Assembly (NCBI RefSeq): GCF_037042905.1
Contig: NC_087245.1
Location: 14,200,001 to 14,264,000 of the forward strand
DNA length: 64,000 nucleotides
Source of the DNA: Lytechinus pictus
Taxonomy: Eukaryota
Direction of reading: 5' to 3'
Shown: piece by piece, positions 1-11,890 of the stretch
How the letters are laid out: every line of letters starts with the position of its first letter
Position numbering within the stretch: the stretch's first letter is position 1
Made by a program: the position numbers and the translations under genes
Notes under the pieces: model-generated
Told to the model about the DNA's origin: nothing
What the model saw: only the letters and a program-made list of their open reading frames with translations
The model's database searches: none

Positions 1-140
1 ACTTCAAATTCTAACTGATATTGATCTTAAATTGTATAGTTAAAAGTATGAATTAAGATCATTGTAACTCTTTAGGTGATCTGGTGTTAGTGGGATTGAT
101 GTTTATCATGTGGTACTAATCGTAGTTTTTAGCATGTTAA

Positions 141-511
141 TCTTGGCTCACACCTTTGCATTCTGGGCTGCGTAGTATCGCTGCGTTAGCCGAATGCAGT
201 CTATTGCAGCAATAGGCATACGCAGCTAAATATTCTCTAGCAATCACACTTTTGCCTATGAGCTCATTGGAGCTGGAACGTTTTTTTTTAATAAAATGAC
301 GGCCTACGGTTGCCTGCAGCTGCCTATGTTGCCTTTTACCTCGCTCTAGCTCGCATCTGCTCGTAGCAGTAAGATTCATTACGAAGTTAGCTCGCCACTC
401 TACGTGCATACCTTGTTCGTTACTCGCTAGCCACTCGCACTGTCTGCGTTCAGCTGCGAATTGCCTGAACGCTGATAATGCAAGCCCAAAACGCAAAGGT
501 GTGAGCCAGGC
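141..511. mobile_element. MITE with ~30-bp imperfect TIRs flanked by TTAA
   Basis: Left TTAA-TCTTGGCTCACACCTTTGCATTCTGGGCT, right AGCCCAAAACGCAAAGGTGTGAGCCAGGC-TTAA. Confidence 0.8.
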
Positions 512-1524
512 TTAAAGATGAAACTTTTTTTTTCAGAAGCTTATCAGTTTTCTGATGTAATAAAGAAAATGCCTGGGTCTAGATTATGTTAAGTGTGTGT
601 TAACGAATAAACGCAAAAAGAACACACCCCAAAAAAAAAAATATATATATATAATAATAATAATAATAATGATAATAAATTAATAAATAAATGAATAAAA
701 AATAAAAGTGTGACAGAGAATTGTCACTTCAATAATTAGAAAAGAAATTTTGAATGGCTGTTCAAAGAATGAATAATTAGATTGGCATTAAAAAAAATTA
801 TAATAATAATAATTCCACAGATACATTTAAAAAGGACTCTACAAACTTTAATTCATAATATGTTCATATCTATTTTAGATGAAAAATTCAATTTACAGAA
901 GTCTAAAAAGAATGATAATGTTTACAAATAACATTAATGCTTGCTTTATAGTTAGCCACCATAGTACAAGTCTTTTGGCATCTTTCACTTCTAATCTTCT
1001 GATTTCAAAATGGACAAAACAATGGAGAAAGCAAGCAAATTATTGTGAAAGATGCTGAGAACAGAATACTGCTAACAACCAGCAATGCTGTCTTTTGGTT
1101 TTTGGTTAGGACAGAATTTTGGTTAAAAGTAAGGATATTGTAACATCTCATTTGATTTTTTTTTATATAGATAGTTTGCATTCATGATGACAGATTCTTT
1201 GAATCAAGACCCAAGTCAAGGCTACGATCGACTAAGAAATCTTCAACTTAGTTGAAATTTGACGTAGAAGATGTAATTAACATGTTTTGCATATTCTCGG
1301 TTCCATTTCATAAAGACTTTATTAACAAATGCAAGATTTCTATAACAAATTTACTATCAGCCAATCAGATTGATTGATTTCTGTAGTTTTTATTGTAAAT
1401 TTTTTATTAAAACAGGTTTTTATGAAATGAGACCCAGGTCTGAAATAAAGCTTTGGGTTAGGCGATCATTCGACTAATGGAGGGTGGACTTATGGAAAGT
1501 CTACCTATTTTTTAGTCTACCTAT

Positions 1525-1704
1525 AGTGCCGCTGCAACTCTTTATCAAGTGACGTTATCAGATAATTTTCGTCACTTGATAAAGAGTTGCAGCGGCACTC
1601 GAAAGCTTGTGAACTTGTAAGCTAGTGAACACTTTTTGCGAGAGTGATCACGAATTTCCTAGAAAGCTAGTGAACACTTTTTGCGAGAGTGATCACAAAT
1701 TTCC
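1525..1704 (+). mobile_element. probable Penelope-like pLTR remnant: 30-bp perfect inverted repeat, hammerhead motif and ~44-bp tandem duplication
   Basis: Arms 1525-1554 and 1570-1599 are exact reverse complements. AAGCTAGTGAACACTTTTTGCGAGAGTGATCAC is repeated at ~1619 and ~1664. Confidence 0.6.
1572..1612 (+). ncRNA. minimal type-I hammerhead ribozyme motif, U3-A8 core variant
   Basis: TCAC (stem I), TTGATAA core, A, GAGtTGC-AGCG-GCACTC (stem II), GAAA, GC, TT, GTGA (stem I'). Stem III region is the palindrome AAGCTT. Confidence 0.6.
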
Positions 1705-4700
1705 TTGTTGACCATAGTAGATTGTGAGACAAATGAATACCCTCTAGCGATTAGATAGTAGTACTTTGTGGATTTTGTCTCAATAAAAAAATATTGTTAT
1801 TCCAATATTTATCAGCATGAAAAGGGTTGAACACATATATGTAACTAGGATCTCAACTAAAGTGATTTTTGTGAAATACAGGCAGATGAATAGAGTGTTC
1901 ATAAGATTAAAGTGGATGGAAGGTCTCAGATTCATTTTTTTAATGTTTGATAACACTTCGTGTGTGTTGGGTTTTTTGCCAGAGAAAATAAAGACTAAAA
2001 TTTTGGTGTAAATGATAGTTGCCATTTAACACAGATGTAAATGCTTTGTTTGGTCTATAATTTCATTTGGTCTTATGTACACTTATAAATCACCACATCA
2101 TTTGTAGTGTATCGTTATTGAAGAAAAACCTTCACCCACATTCGGATACTGCTTTATTCATCATACTGCACACTCATATATTATCAATTGTGGATCAAAC
2201 TCAAAGTAACTCTTGGATTCTGGAATTTCATTTTCATTTAAGCCTATAGAATACAATGTTAAACATGAAGGTTTAGATATCCAATTTGTGATCAAATAGT
2301 AAGGAGTTATCAAATTCATGACTTGTTTTCCAACTCCCTTTAGATTTGGAATTGCCTTTGTTCATGTGATATTGAGACAGTTTTTCTTTGTTTTACAGTT
2401 CTGGAATATACATAAAATAACTTGCAATATTCTTGAATTAGATTGCTGCAAACATTCAATTTCTTCAAGGAAATGCCTGTCTTTCTTCCTTTTTTGTTTT
2501 AGTTAGTGGAGCTTGCTTTCTTTGTCTCATAGTAGTCAAATTGATGCATTTTGATTGATTTCAAATTTCAGTATTTTTTTTTTGGGGGGGGATAAGCCTT
2601 CAGTTAAAGTATGATTCAGATGAACTCTCACCACTGAAACAGATCAAAAGTACTTTTTATTAAGATACACAGGGTGTACTATAAAGCTGAAATACAAGAG
2701 AATACTATTTACATCAGGGGGTATAGGTATATTGTATTATGAGGTACAATGATTTACTTCTAAGATGCTCTGCTTTACAGTAATTTTCGTAAGTTTGTAG
2801 TTCATACTGGATCCGATTAAAAAAAAACTGTTGCCTACTTCTGACCTTTTGGTGAAGTTCAAAACTTTTTGCAAGATTTATTTTTGAATGGTGCATATTT
2901 GTAGGATAGGAGTAGAGATTAGTTCTAAAGAAACTTAGGAACCATTGTTTATGTCTCTTTCTCTCTCTCTCTCTTTCTTCGTACAGTGTTTCATGAGTGC
3001 ACAAAAATGTGAAGAATCATACTAAACTGAATCTCTCTAGTTTTCATGAATTGCACAAGTATTTCTATTGAACTGCAGCTGGTAAATTGGAAATGGTATT
3101 TTGTGATATTTCAATCCCAGATATGGAACCCTCTGGCTCTACTTTGTATTCTTTTGTACTTATAATAGAATTCTTTTTTTTTTCCTTGTTGTACTTTGAA
3201 CTTGATCTATGATAAGTCAATTCTTTGTTCCCTCTACAAAAAAATGAAAACAAAATAAAAATAAGAGCTTGCACTTCATAACACGATATTGAAGGTCAAT
3301 GCGAGATAAATAATAGACTATTCTAAATTGGCATTTTATACATAGAATCAAGCTGTCTTTTTTAGTTTAGCTGATTGGGTATTTTGTGCATGTGGATTGA
3401 TACAATAGTGGTATTGCCTAAGTCCATGTTTGGAATAAAACCTTGAAATGATTAATGCCATTCACATTTCTTAAGAAACATTTCGGCTGCTAATGACGAG
3501 GGTACTTAAGTGAGGGAGTAGATTCAATGGGTGGAATAACTCAATCTCAAGTCTACAGGGCTGATAACGATGGTGCGTGTTATACATGGGGTACGTTCAT
3601 GTGTCGGCCTGTGTATCCGACTACCAGATACCTCTCCACAAGCAGCATGCATGCATGACATGTTCGTACACAGACCAGCAGTAGCGGTTGCCGCACCGTT
3701 TGGGGCAGCCACATATATTAGGCCTGAAGTTCAGCTACGCTCCGTCCCTCCCTGCCAAAGCGGGCAAATTATACAGAAGGGTAGGAGGTAGAGAAAGTGA
3801 GCAAAGTGGAGAGAGGGAGAGTTAGTGCGAGAGGTGGAGAAAGAGAGGAAGGGCCCCCTACCTGTCCATGCATAACGCATAGAGATGAGAGAATACCAGG
3901 ATGTACACTATTTATGCCATGGTATAGTCATGTTCATGTCCAGCTGACCGAACCTATGATAGGGTGTGTATTTGAGCAAGTGTTTGAGAGAAAGAGAAAG
4001 AGTGAGAGACACAGACAGAGGAAAGGAAAGAAATTTAGGGAGAGAAAGAAAGAGAGAGAGAGAGTGTGTGTGAGCATGAGGAAGATGTGAGTGTGTATGA
4101 GTGTGTAAGCTATCAGCAGGTTCTGATTGTGTATCCTACCTTGGCTGCATAGCAATACATGCATAAGCGTGCCAATATGCCAGTGCTCTCACAAGCATAT
4201 ACACACTCTCACCCACACATGGTGAAGCGCGAGTGAGTCTCTGTGTGTGTGTGCGTGATATATCAGGCACATGGAGGAAGGCTTAGCCGATAGAGAAGCA
4301 CCTTTAAACATGTCTGTTAATCAACTATCATGGATCAAGTCTTTATTGGCCCAAAACTACAGATGACTCTGAGTTAAACCTTTAAACTGACATTGATGAT
4401 ACTAAGAGTGGACCAAGAACGGGAATCCCATGCTGGAAGTTTGCTTTGCTGCCACCAAAAAGCAGATGGTTTTTGTCATCGGATGGTGTGGGGGTCTGAG
4501 TTGGGTGTCTCTCATCCTCACTCCCTCTCTCTTTCTTTCTGTCTCTCCCTCTTCTCTGGGTCAACTTTAATTCATGGTGATAAATGATGAGACACTGCCA
4601 ATGCTATGGGTATGGATGTCATTGATGTGTGGACAAAGACAAAATTGGGATAATTCGTCCATGAGCATTGAAATACTGAGTGTGGATTTTATGTCTTGGA

Positions 4701-5368
4701 GGTGGTTACTATATCGTGATCTTCAGTAGATAACTAGTGTGCGGTTGGGATCCCCTACTTACCCTCCTCCCCTTCATCATTGTTGTCATCAACATCATCT
4801 CCATTATTTGCCATCCACTTCTTTCATCTTTGTCTGGAATCATGGATAGCTGATATTTTCTTTATATCATTCGCATGTGCCTGAGGACAACAATTTACCC
4901 AAATCTATTATGTGTTATATCAAAACAATATCATCAATTACCAAGGCAAGGCTTAAATGGCTGAAACATAACTGAGCATAGCAAGTTATTGAAGAAGAAT
5001 ATTTGTTTATGATATTATTATGAGTGGAGATGGAAGTAATATTCTGAGCAAGATAGTACGATCTGCCATAGTTTGAAGTCAAATGTGTTGAAATAAGCAG
5101 AAGCACCAGCTGAACAATGTTTGTTTTGTATTATCAATTATTTGCAGCATTCCATCACAGTGTGCAATTAAAATAATCTATACTTTGGACATGAGCTATA
5201 CTTGGGGAATATACCAGACCAATAGACATAGACATCTTTCATGTCCTTGCAGGAGTATAGATCTATGCAGGATTGTATACGAACCTTGATAACTCTATCT
5301 AGACTGTTGGACCCGACTTGGTTCTACGAATTAATCTCTGAAGACTCAATATACAGGCTGAAATAACA

Positions 5369-5468
5369 ATGTCTAAGGACGATAGCAGTTTACCCATAGG
5401 GGGGAGTGCAGGAGGTGGTAGGCGAGATCGTATGAGGAGATCTTTCCGTCGGTTTATGGGCAAAAAAG
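5369..5468 (+). CDS. trio: candidate alternative first coding exon A: MSKDDSSLPIGGSAGGGRRDRMRRSFRRFMGKK (phase 1)
   Basis: acaATG, 100 nt, donor AAG|gtgaaa, in frame with exon 30060. GC-richer and more protein-like than its flanks. Confidence 0.6.
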
Positions 5469-5704
5469 GTGAAAATAATGATCTTATATTGTTTTTTTTT
5501 TAAATTGGCAGATGATGAGAAGATGTTTGTTCCAGTGTTTTGTGAGATAATGTTTTCTGTAGATTCTAGACAGGGATTCTCCAAAGTTCTAATTTTATTG
5601 CTCTTTGGACCTGTTTATGGATTTGTCAACTATTGATTGGACTTTTCACAATTACCCCATTGTATAATGATAATCCAAATTATCCAATAATCATCCATCT
5701 TACA

Positions 5705-5935
5705 TTGTTCGAAATGGAAATCCTATGAAAATTCATTTTGCCCAATTGATCCTGGGCCCAGCAGCTGCTGAGCAGCTCTGGATCAACATTGCTCTATCCG
5801 TCTATCATTGAATGCTAAACAGGGTCTTAGCAACTCCCATCTTTTAACGTCTTTTAGCCTGACAAGGTCGGGACTTGAATTCCTGACCTCCCGCTTGTCT
5901 GGTGGACACTCTACCAAAGGAGTCAACACACCGGT
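5705..5935 (-). mobile_element. degenerate tRNA-derived SINE
   Basis: Minus strand starts ACCGGTGTGTTGACTCCTTTGGTAGAGTGTCC and has a B-box-like AATTCAAGTCC. Confidence 0.65.
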
Positions 5936-8724
5936 ACAAAAATGAAGGTTTAACGTTTTAAATAAAAAATCTCACTTGATATATCACAAAACCAGCTGTT
6001 ACATATCCCAAATTCATTTAGAGAATATTTTGTGTTTACTTTTGTTGCTACTAACATTTGCCATTCTGTTCTTATCTGTCATTATCATTTTCTTATCAGA
6101 CTTCACACAATATTTTTATTAAATTATTTTATTTATATGTTATTTAATAAATTTGATTTGTTGATATAAAATTTAGCAGATTTCATTCTAAATTTTGGAA
6201 GAACATTTAAATTCAAGTAAGGTTTTTCTAGTCATTCATTTACTGATTTATGTCCAATATCCAGGACTTTTTGTAATTTGTAATTCAATTCCATTAAGAT
6301 GATTAACAATCTGAAATCTTACAATGGATCAAGTTTAATAATAATATGATGAAGAGAGTCAGGTTCTTGTATGTAATCCTACATAGTTGTCATTCTATAA
6401 GACAGTAGATTAAAGATATAATAATTACTTTGTGAATTATATATACCTGTAAGGATTTAGAATATCAAGAGGATGTGACTTTGAATTGAATGTGAGACGA
6501 TGTTTTGTTTTAGAGCTTCCTTTAACAATTTTTAGGCAGTTACATGAACTTGGTATGTGAACTCATAGATGCCCTGGGTTTAATATGGCTCTGAAAACGG
6601 TCAACTCTTCTCAGTTTCAAAGGTAGTATGTGCTTAGAATTAAAATGAAAGTAGTTTCAAACACTGATGACCATCACTGATTGACTAAACAGTGATTTCA
6701 TGAGAAATCTGTAAATTCAAGGTTAATTGTTACCTCGTAGATCTAGATCTGGTACAGTTACAGTAACTGAACTTTTGTGAAATTATGAAATGTATGCGGA
6801 AAAACAAATAACAATCATACTGAAGATCACCAATACAAATGAGCACATTTTGGACAGTGTATTATTATTGCTTGGAAAAAGACCTGACATCAGCTGGAAT
6901 TTCTTTTTTGGGGGGGCTTATTTATCAGCAATTACACAATATCTTCAAGAATCCTTTGGCACATATTTTTGTTCATACATACGGTCATACCTGTGGACAC
7001 TTGGATGGTAATTTGATTTGATTCTGTATGAACTAATTTTGAAATTGCTAAAACAACTGGCATTTATATTTTGATTGTTTATCATTTCCATCCTTGTTTG
7101 TTTTTAAACTAGGCTACGTCCAGTAGTTGTAGGTCAGTATATGATTATAACTAAACTAGATTCCAAATGATAATAAAGGACTATATGATCCATTGAATAG
7201 ATAATAATATGAACCGATGCATCAAAACAGGCATGACAGGGTACTTGAATTTGAATGCATATTATGAAGAAGGAGAATAGAAAGGAATGCTCCCTTGGGC
7301 TGTGGACTGATAATACTCAAATGCACCAGTTATGGTGATTGATACGAATGACAGATGTACTGACTTCTGTCATGTTCATGTCCATTGGGGAAGCATTTCG
7401 TTTGGGCCTTTGTAATTCTGAATGTTTTTCGTACAATAAGACATACCTATTTTCATTGTTGCTTGTTTCCCCTCATGATATTTTAAAGGCAGAAATAATT
7501 AACACACTCTGCAAACACCCTTCATGAGCTGTTCACAATGTGAATTTCTAGTATTTGGTAAAATAAAAAATACAATTCCACTATAAGTTACTGAGCTAAT
7601 CAAAGATGAAATATAGTTATGATTTTTAGTTTAAATTGTGGAGGAAACTGTTTCCAACAGGTTTTGGAAGTTTGTTTAGTATGCATCAAAGAACTTGTCC
7701 TTTTTGCATTCATATTCATTTAACTTTGAAATCATTGAAATCATATTTGCTTTGGCACCATTATGCTTAATGAGTATTCAATAATATAACAATCAGTGAC
7801 TGAATGGAATTTGACACGCTTCTATTATGGAAAATGCATTGAGACGGTGATGAATATTTGTTTTAAAAAGACCAATTCTACAGAATGTAGATGCTGCCTG
7901 TACCAGAGTGAAGATTGGGAAATGGGGGCATCAGAAAAGTAGGATCATATTATCGAAACACTCGGTGAACAGAGTGGTTTTTAAACTGGAGGCATACATT
8001 TACGAGTATTCATGATGTAGAAGAAGTCATGACAATATTTTATATCAGAACTGTGCAACTAATATAGATCTCCTTCATATAAGACTTGTTATAAGACTTG
8101 TTCACAGAACAGGAAACATATATTGCATTTTCATTTTTTCTGCCCATCTGTCAATGTCTTTTATCTTGTTAGATATCATCAGTTATGACATGGCAGTTCT
8201 TGTCAACTTCCTTTTGTTATTCATTTCTGGATATGGTTTTAAACACATCACTGTAACTACCAAACAAAGGAAGATGATACCCCCCCCCCCATAATATGTA
8301 GTTAGAATTGAGGAAAAGATCATTTTATGGAAATGGTAACTAAAATAATTTACAGCTGAAAATAGATAGATATTTGTTTATTATACAGTAGTTAATACAT
8401 GTCCAGTGTTAGCACCTACGAAGTACTCATACAGAGCATATTTATAGGTAAGTTAATAACTAAAATAGGTAACACCATAGGCAAGTAAAAAAAAAGTAAG
8501 TTAATGAATTATTAAATTTCATACAAAAGTATAAGTTAGGATTTGTAAGTCGTCTCAATGAAAGTCCAAACAGTGTGGCTGTTAGGAATCCTGCTTAGCC
8601 CCCCCCCCCCCATCCTATTCAGTCCTTCTATGTCTTCATAGACAATACATAGTGGTACAGATAAAGTCAATAAGAAATCAGGCAAGCTAGTGGACTAGAA
8701 CTTCTTTAAATTATCCTAAGTTAA

Positions 8725-8903
8725 TGTGTGTTTGTGTGTGTATTTGAGTTTTATCAGACGTGTATCAATCAGATATGATTATTTACGTCTGGGACCGACC
8801 TTTTACGTCACCATCCGAAAGACGTGACCAGGGCTCGAACCTCTGCATCAATTTGTAACTTCCCCACAGCTTGGATTACAGGCGCACGCCACAACGCCCA
8901 GTT
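8725..8903 (-). mobile_element. SINE with 7SL/Alu-domain-like head, B box, 3' stem-loop and (CA)n tail
   Basis: Minus strand: AACTGGGCGTTGTGGCGTGCGCCTGTAATCCAAGCTG...GGTTCGAGCCC...CGTCTTTCGGATGGTGACGTAAAAGGTCGGTCC CAGACGT...ACGTCTG ATAAAACTCAAATACACACAC. Confidence 0.75.
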
Positions 8904-11737
8904 AAATGAACCTTGTCTTATATTAAATTAGAATAAACACAAGAACTATCCAGATAATAATGAAAAGATTGAACAAGGTCCAGTAAAATGTTCATAGGGA
9001 CATTTCTTAAAACTAGTATTAAACTGAGGATAACTTCAATGTAAGGGATTCCATAGTTCATTTTGAATAAGCTGTAATTACCATCAGTTACAAGAATTAT
9101 GTAGCTAATAATTAAACTAGTGGGTGTGATGTTATTTGATGATAATAAAGTATACACATGGCTAACATGAGCAGTAAGTCTTTGAAATGTTTGAGTAATT
9201 GGGTAAGTGAATGATAAATTCTAACTTGATTATTATATTCAGACACATATGATAAATTCACTCAATATTTACAACTCGATCCAATCAAAAATTAGAAAAA
9301 CATTTTTGTAATCATTAAAATGCATTCTACTTGCAGGGAATTCATTGAAGTAATGAATAATATCATTGGTCAATGAATATCACTGTGCATAGAGAAGTGT
9401 AATTAAGGTGACAATTTTCATTACCAACCAGCTGTGTTTTTCACCTACTACCAATCAATGGTAACCTTCACCATCAACATGCCCTGCTTTGTAAGTCAAT
9501 ATTCTTCAGTGATACCTTACCATTGTATAATCACTGGGAACCTTTGTATAGCATTCAAGTCATCTGGGGACTGTTCAACATGATACATAGTTTAAGTATG
9601 CTTAAGCACCAATGTGCACTTAAATAAGATAATTAGGTATTTAACATATTTAATCAATAAGACAATGAGTTAAGTGTGACTTAAGTCACACTTAACAGCT
9701 TCCATGTCCTACCAAAGCATATTCTCTCAAACTTAATATTTTTCCCATGTAATGGCATTTTTATGAAAAAAATTGTCCTTTATTTTAGAACAGCCATTGT
9801 AAAAACAAGCGGCATGTTGTGATTTTATTCATCAGAATAGTGTACTGCTTTATTTCTGTACTACCAAAGTTAACACTTTGAAGTTAAGAAATGCCTAATT
9901 CCTTGTTATTGGATACTGCTAGGTATTGAGATTGAGGCAGTTCATACTGAGTTACCCATCCCTATACAGTCACTCCACACCTCTCCTTAATTAGGCCCAT
10001 CCTGCTTTAAATGGTCATTTGACTGTCTGCCAGTCCATCTGTCTGGACAAACGTAAACAATAGATGCTTTCATACCCATCAGATCACACAAAAATAAATG
10101 CCTTAAAAAACTCATTAATTCTGTGCATTGACATCCATGTGAACCAGATAGAATTCTAAACAGTAATATGCATATACTTTCTGCCTCATATTAACAGTTC
10201 TTGTCATTTGCTTCCACACTATAAAAATCCCTGTGATTTGGGAGAAAACCCTGCAGTTTTCTTTCAGACTTACTATTAATTGGTTTATATTATCTTTTTT
10301 ATATCATATATTCTTTGCTTTCACAGTGACAATTGACAAAATACATGTACCTGGTTATTTTTTGTTTTGTGCATAACTCTAGAAAAAATCAAACATATTT
10401 TTTATTAGGTTGGTATGAAAGCACCCATTGCCCAACATTTCATTTCTATTGCTCTATGGTTTTGTTTATGAAACTTTTTGGTTACATGCCAAAAAAAGTT
10501 TGCAAATGTAATTGAGAATGGTTTCCATCAAGTAATGTATAGGGTTGTCTGAAATAGAATTATAATTTGTAATAGAAAAGATTCAAAGTATTTATGGTAT
10601 CCATGATTTTTCGTTTGGGAATCAAATTTCAATTTTTGCATTTCTGATTTTAACTTTAAATTGCACATTCACAAATTGATACTTGATATCAGATATATAT
10701 AACAAATATGTCTAGTTGGTGGTATTGCATTTGATCATGCATGATTTTTTTCTTAAGATAGAGGGTCATGGTCATGGCCAAGAAAGGTTTTTGGTTTAGA
10801 ATACTGTGACAATTAGGATTAGGTTATGGTCAGGCTTGAGTTAGATGTGATGTTGAGGTTTACATTTTGCCAAATGACGTGCATATTTTCCATAGGAAAA
10901 TTGTTCTGGAGCAAATGCCATGGATTGCTTCAAGTGTAACTCTTCCCAATTTGGACACAACTATCATCATATTCATACATAGGATGAGTAATGGGAATGC
11001 CAATTTTTAAGAAAAATATCTGCAAGGGCTTACTGCAAGAAATCAGACTGATTTGGTAATCTGGGCAAGAAACTGAAGAAAAGAACTGGAGGATGGTCAG
11101 TTGCTGATTAAAAGGTTGGATGATAATGTAATTATGATATTAGACCTTGCTGTATTCTAAGTATTTGACTTGACCCCATCCTGGGGGTGTCTAGTACCTT
11201 CAGACTTGGTCGATGACTGATTGCATTAAGGCTGGCTATCAGCCACTAGATCATTGAACCTTGCTTCTTTAACATTTTAAGATGATGTGTAAATTCCTTT
11301 GCGTGAATCCACCATAAGTTGAAAGACATGGCTCACCCGCCCCGCTTGTATCCTACCAACTAGTTAACTTTTATGCAAATAATAGTAAATGAGAGCATCT
11401 AAACTTAGGTAATTTATGTGTATCCACTGTAATTTTGAACCTGACATGTGTTCAACTGCCTTTAAAAATCCAGGCCTTTGCGTTTGACATACCCTCAGAC
11501 ATGCCAAGACTCCTGCATTACACATGAGATGCTCAGTTCAGGGGCTCTTGCTCATCTCTTTCTCATGCATGTATGATAATAATAGTGATATCATATTGAG
11601 CGCACACACCGTCCAGAGAAGCTCATGGTGCTAGCCCAGCAACAAACAGGATACAAATCTTTTATACATATAAACAGCTACAAAATATGGATATAAATAG
11701 AATCAACAAAGAAATCGTAAATCACTACAAGTACAGT

Positions 11738-11890
11738 CCTGTAACTTGTGAAGGTTTCCATGGCGAAGAAGAATAGTGTAGTAGGTTTCGCGGACACCAT
11801 GTATCTTTCTTGGGCAAGTGTTGGTCCTAAAAAGGACCACCCAATCTTGATGTTTTGACAAGTGTGTTCTTGTCGTCCTCGGGAGAATGT
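11738..11890 (-). mobile_element. probable Penelope-like pLTR remnant with decayed hammerhead (11845-11886)
   Basis: Minus strand TCTC-CCGAGGA-C-GACAAG-AACACA-CTTGTC-AAAA-CA-TC-AAGA, ending in CTTCGCCATGGAAACCTTCACAAGTTACA. Confidence 0.55.

Noticed and set aside
137..496. 119-aa minus-strand ORF
   Set aside because: Lies within a MITE and has no recognisable transposase motif.
8860..8903. Human Alu contamination or a genuine 7SL gene
   Set aside because: Similarity stops after about 40 nt; there is no S domain, Alu body or poly-A tail, and the flanks are continuous host-like intron.
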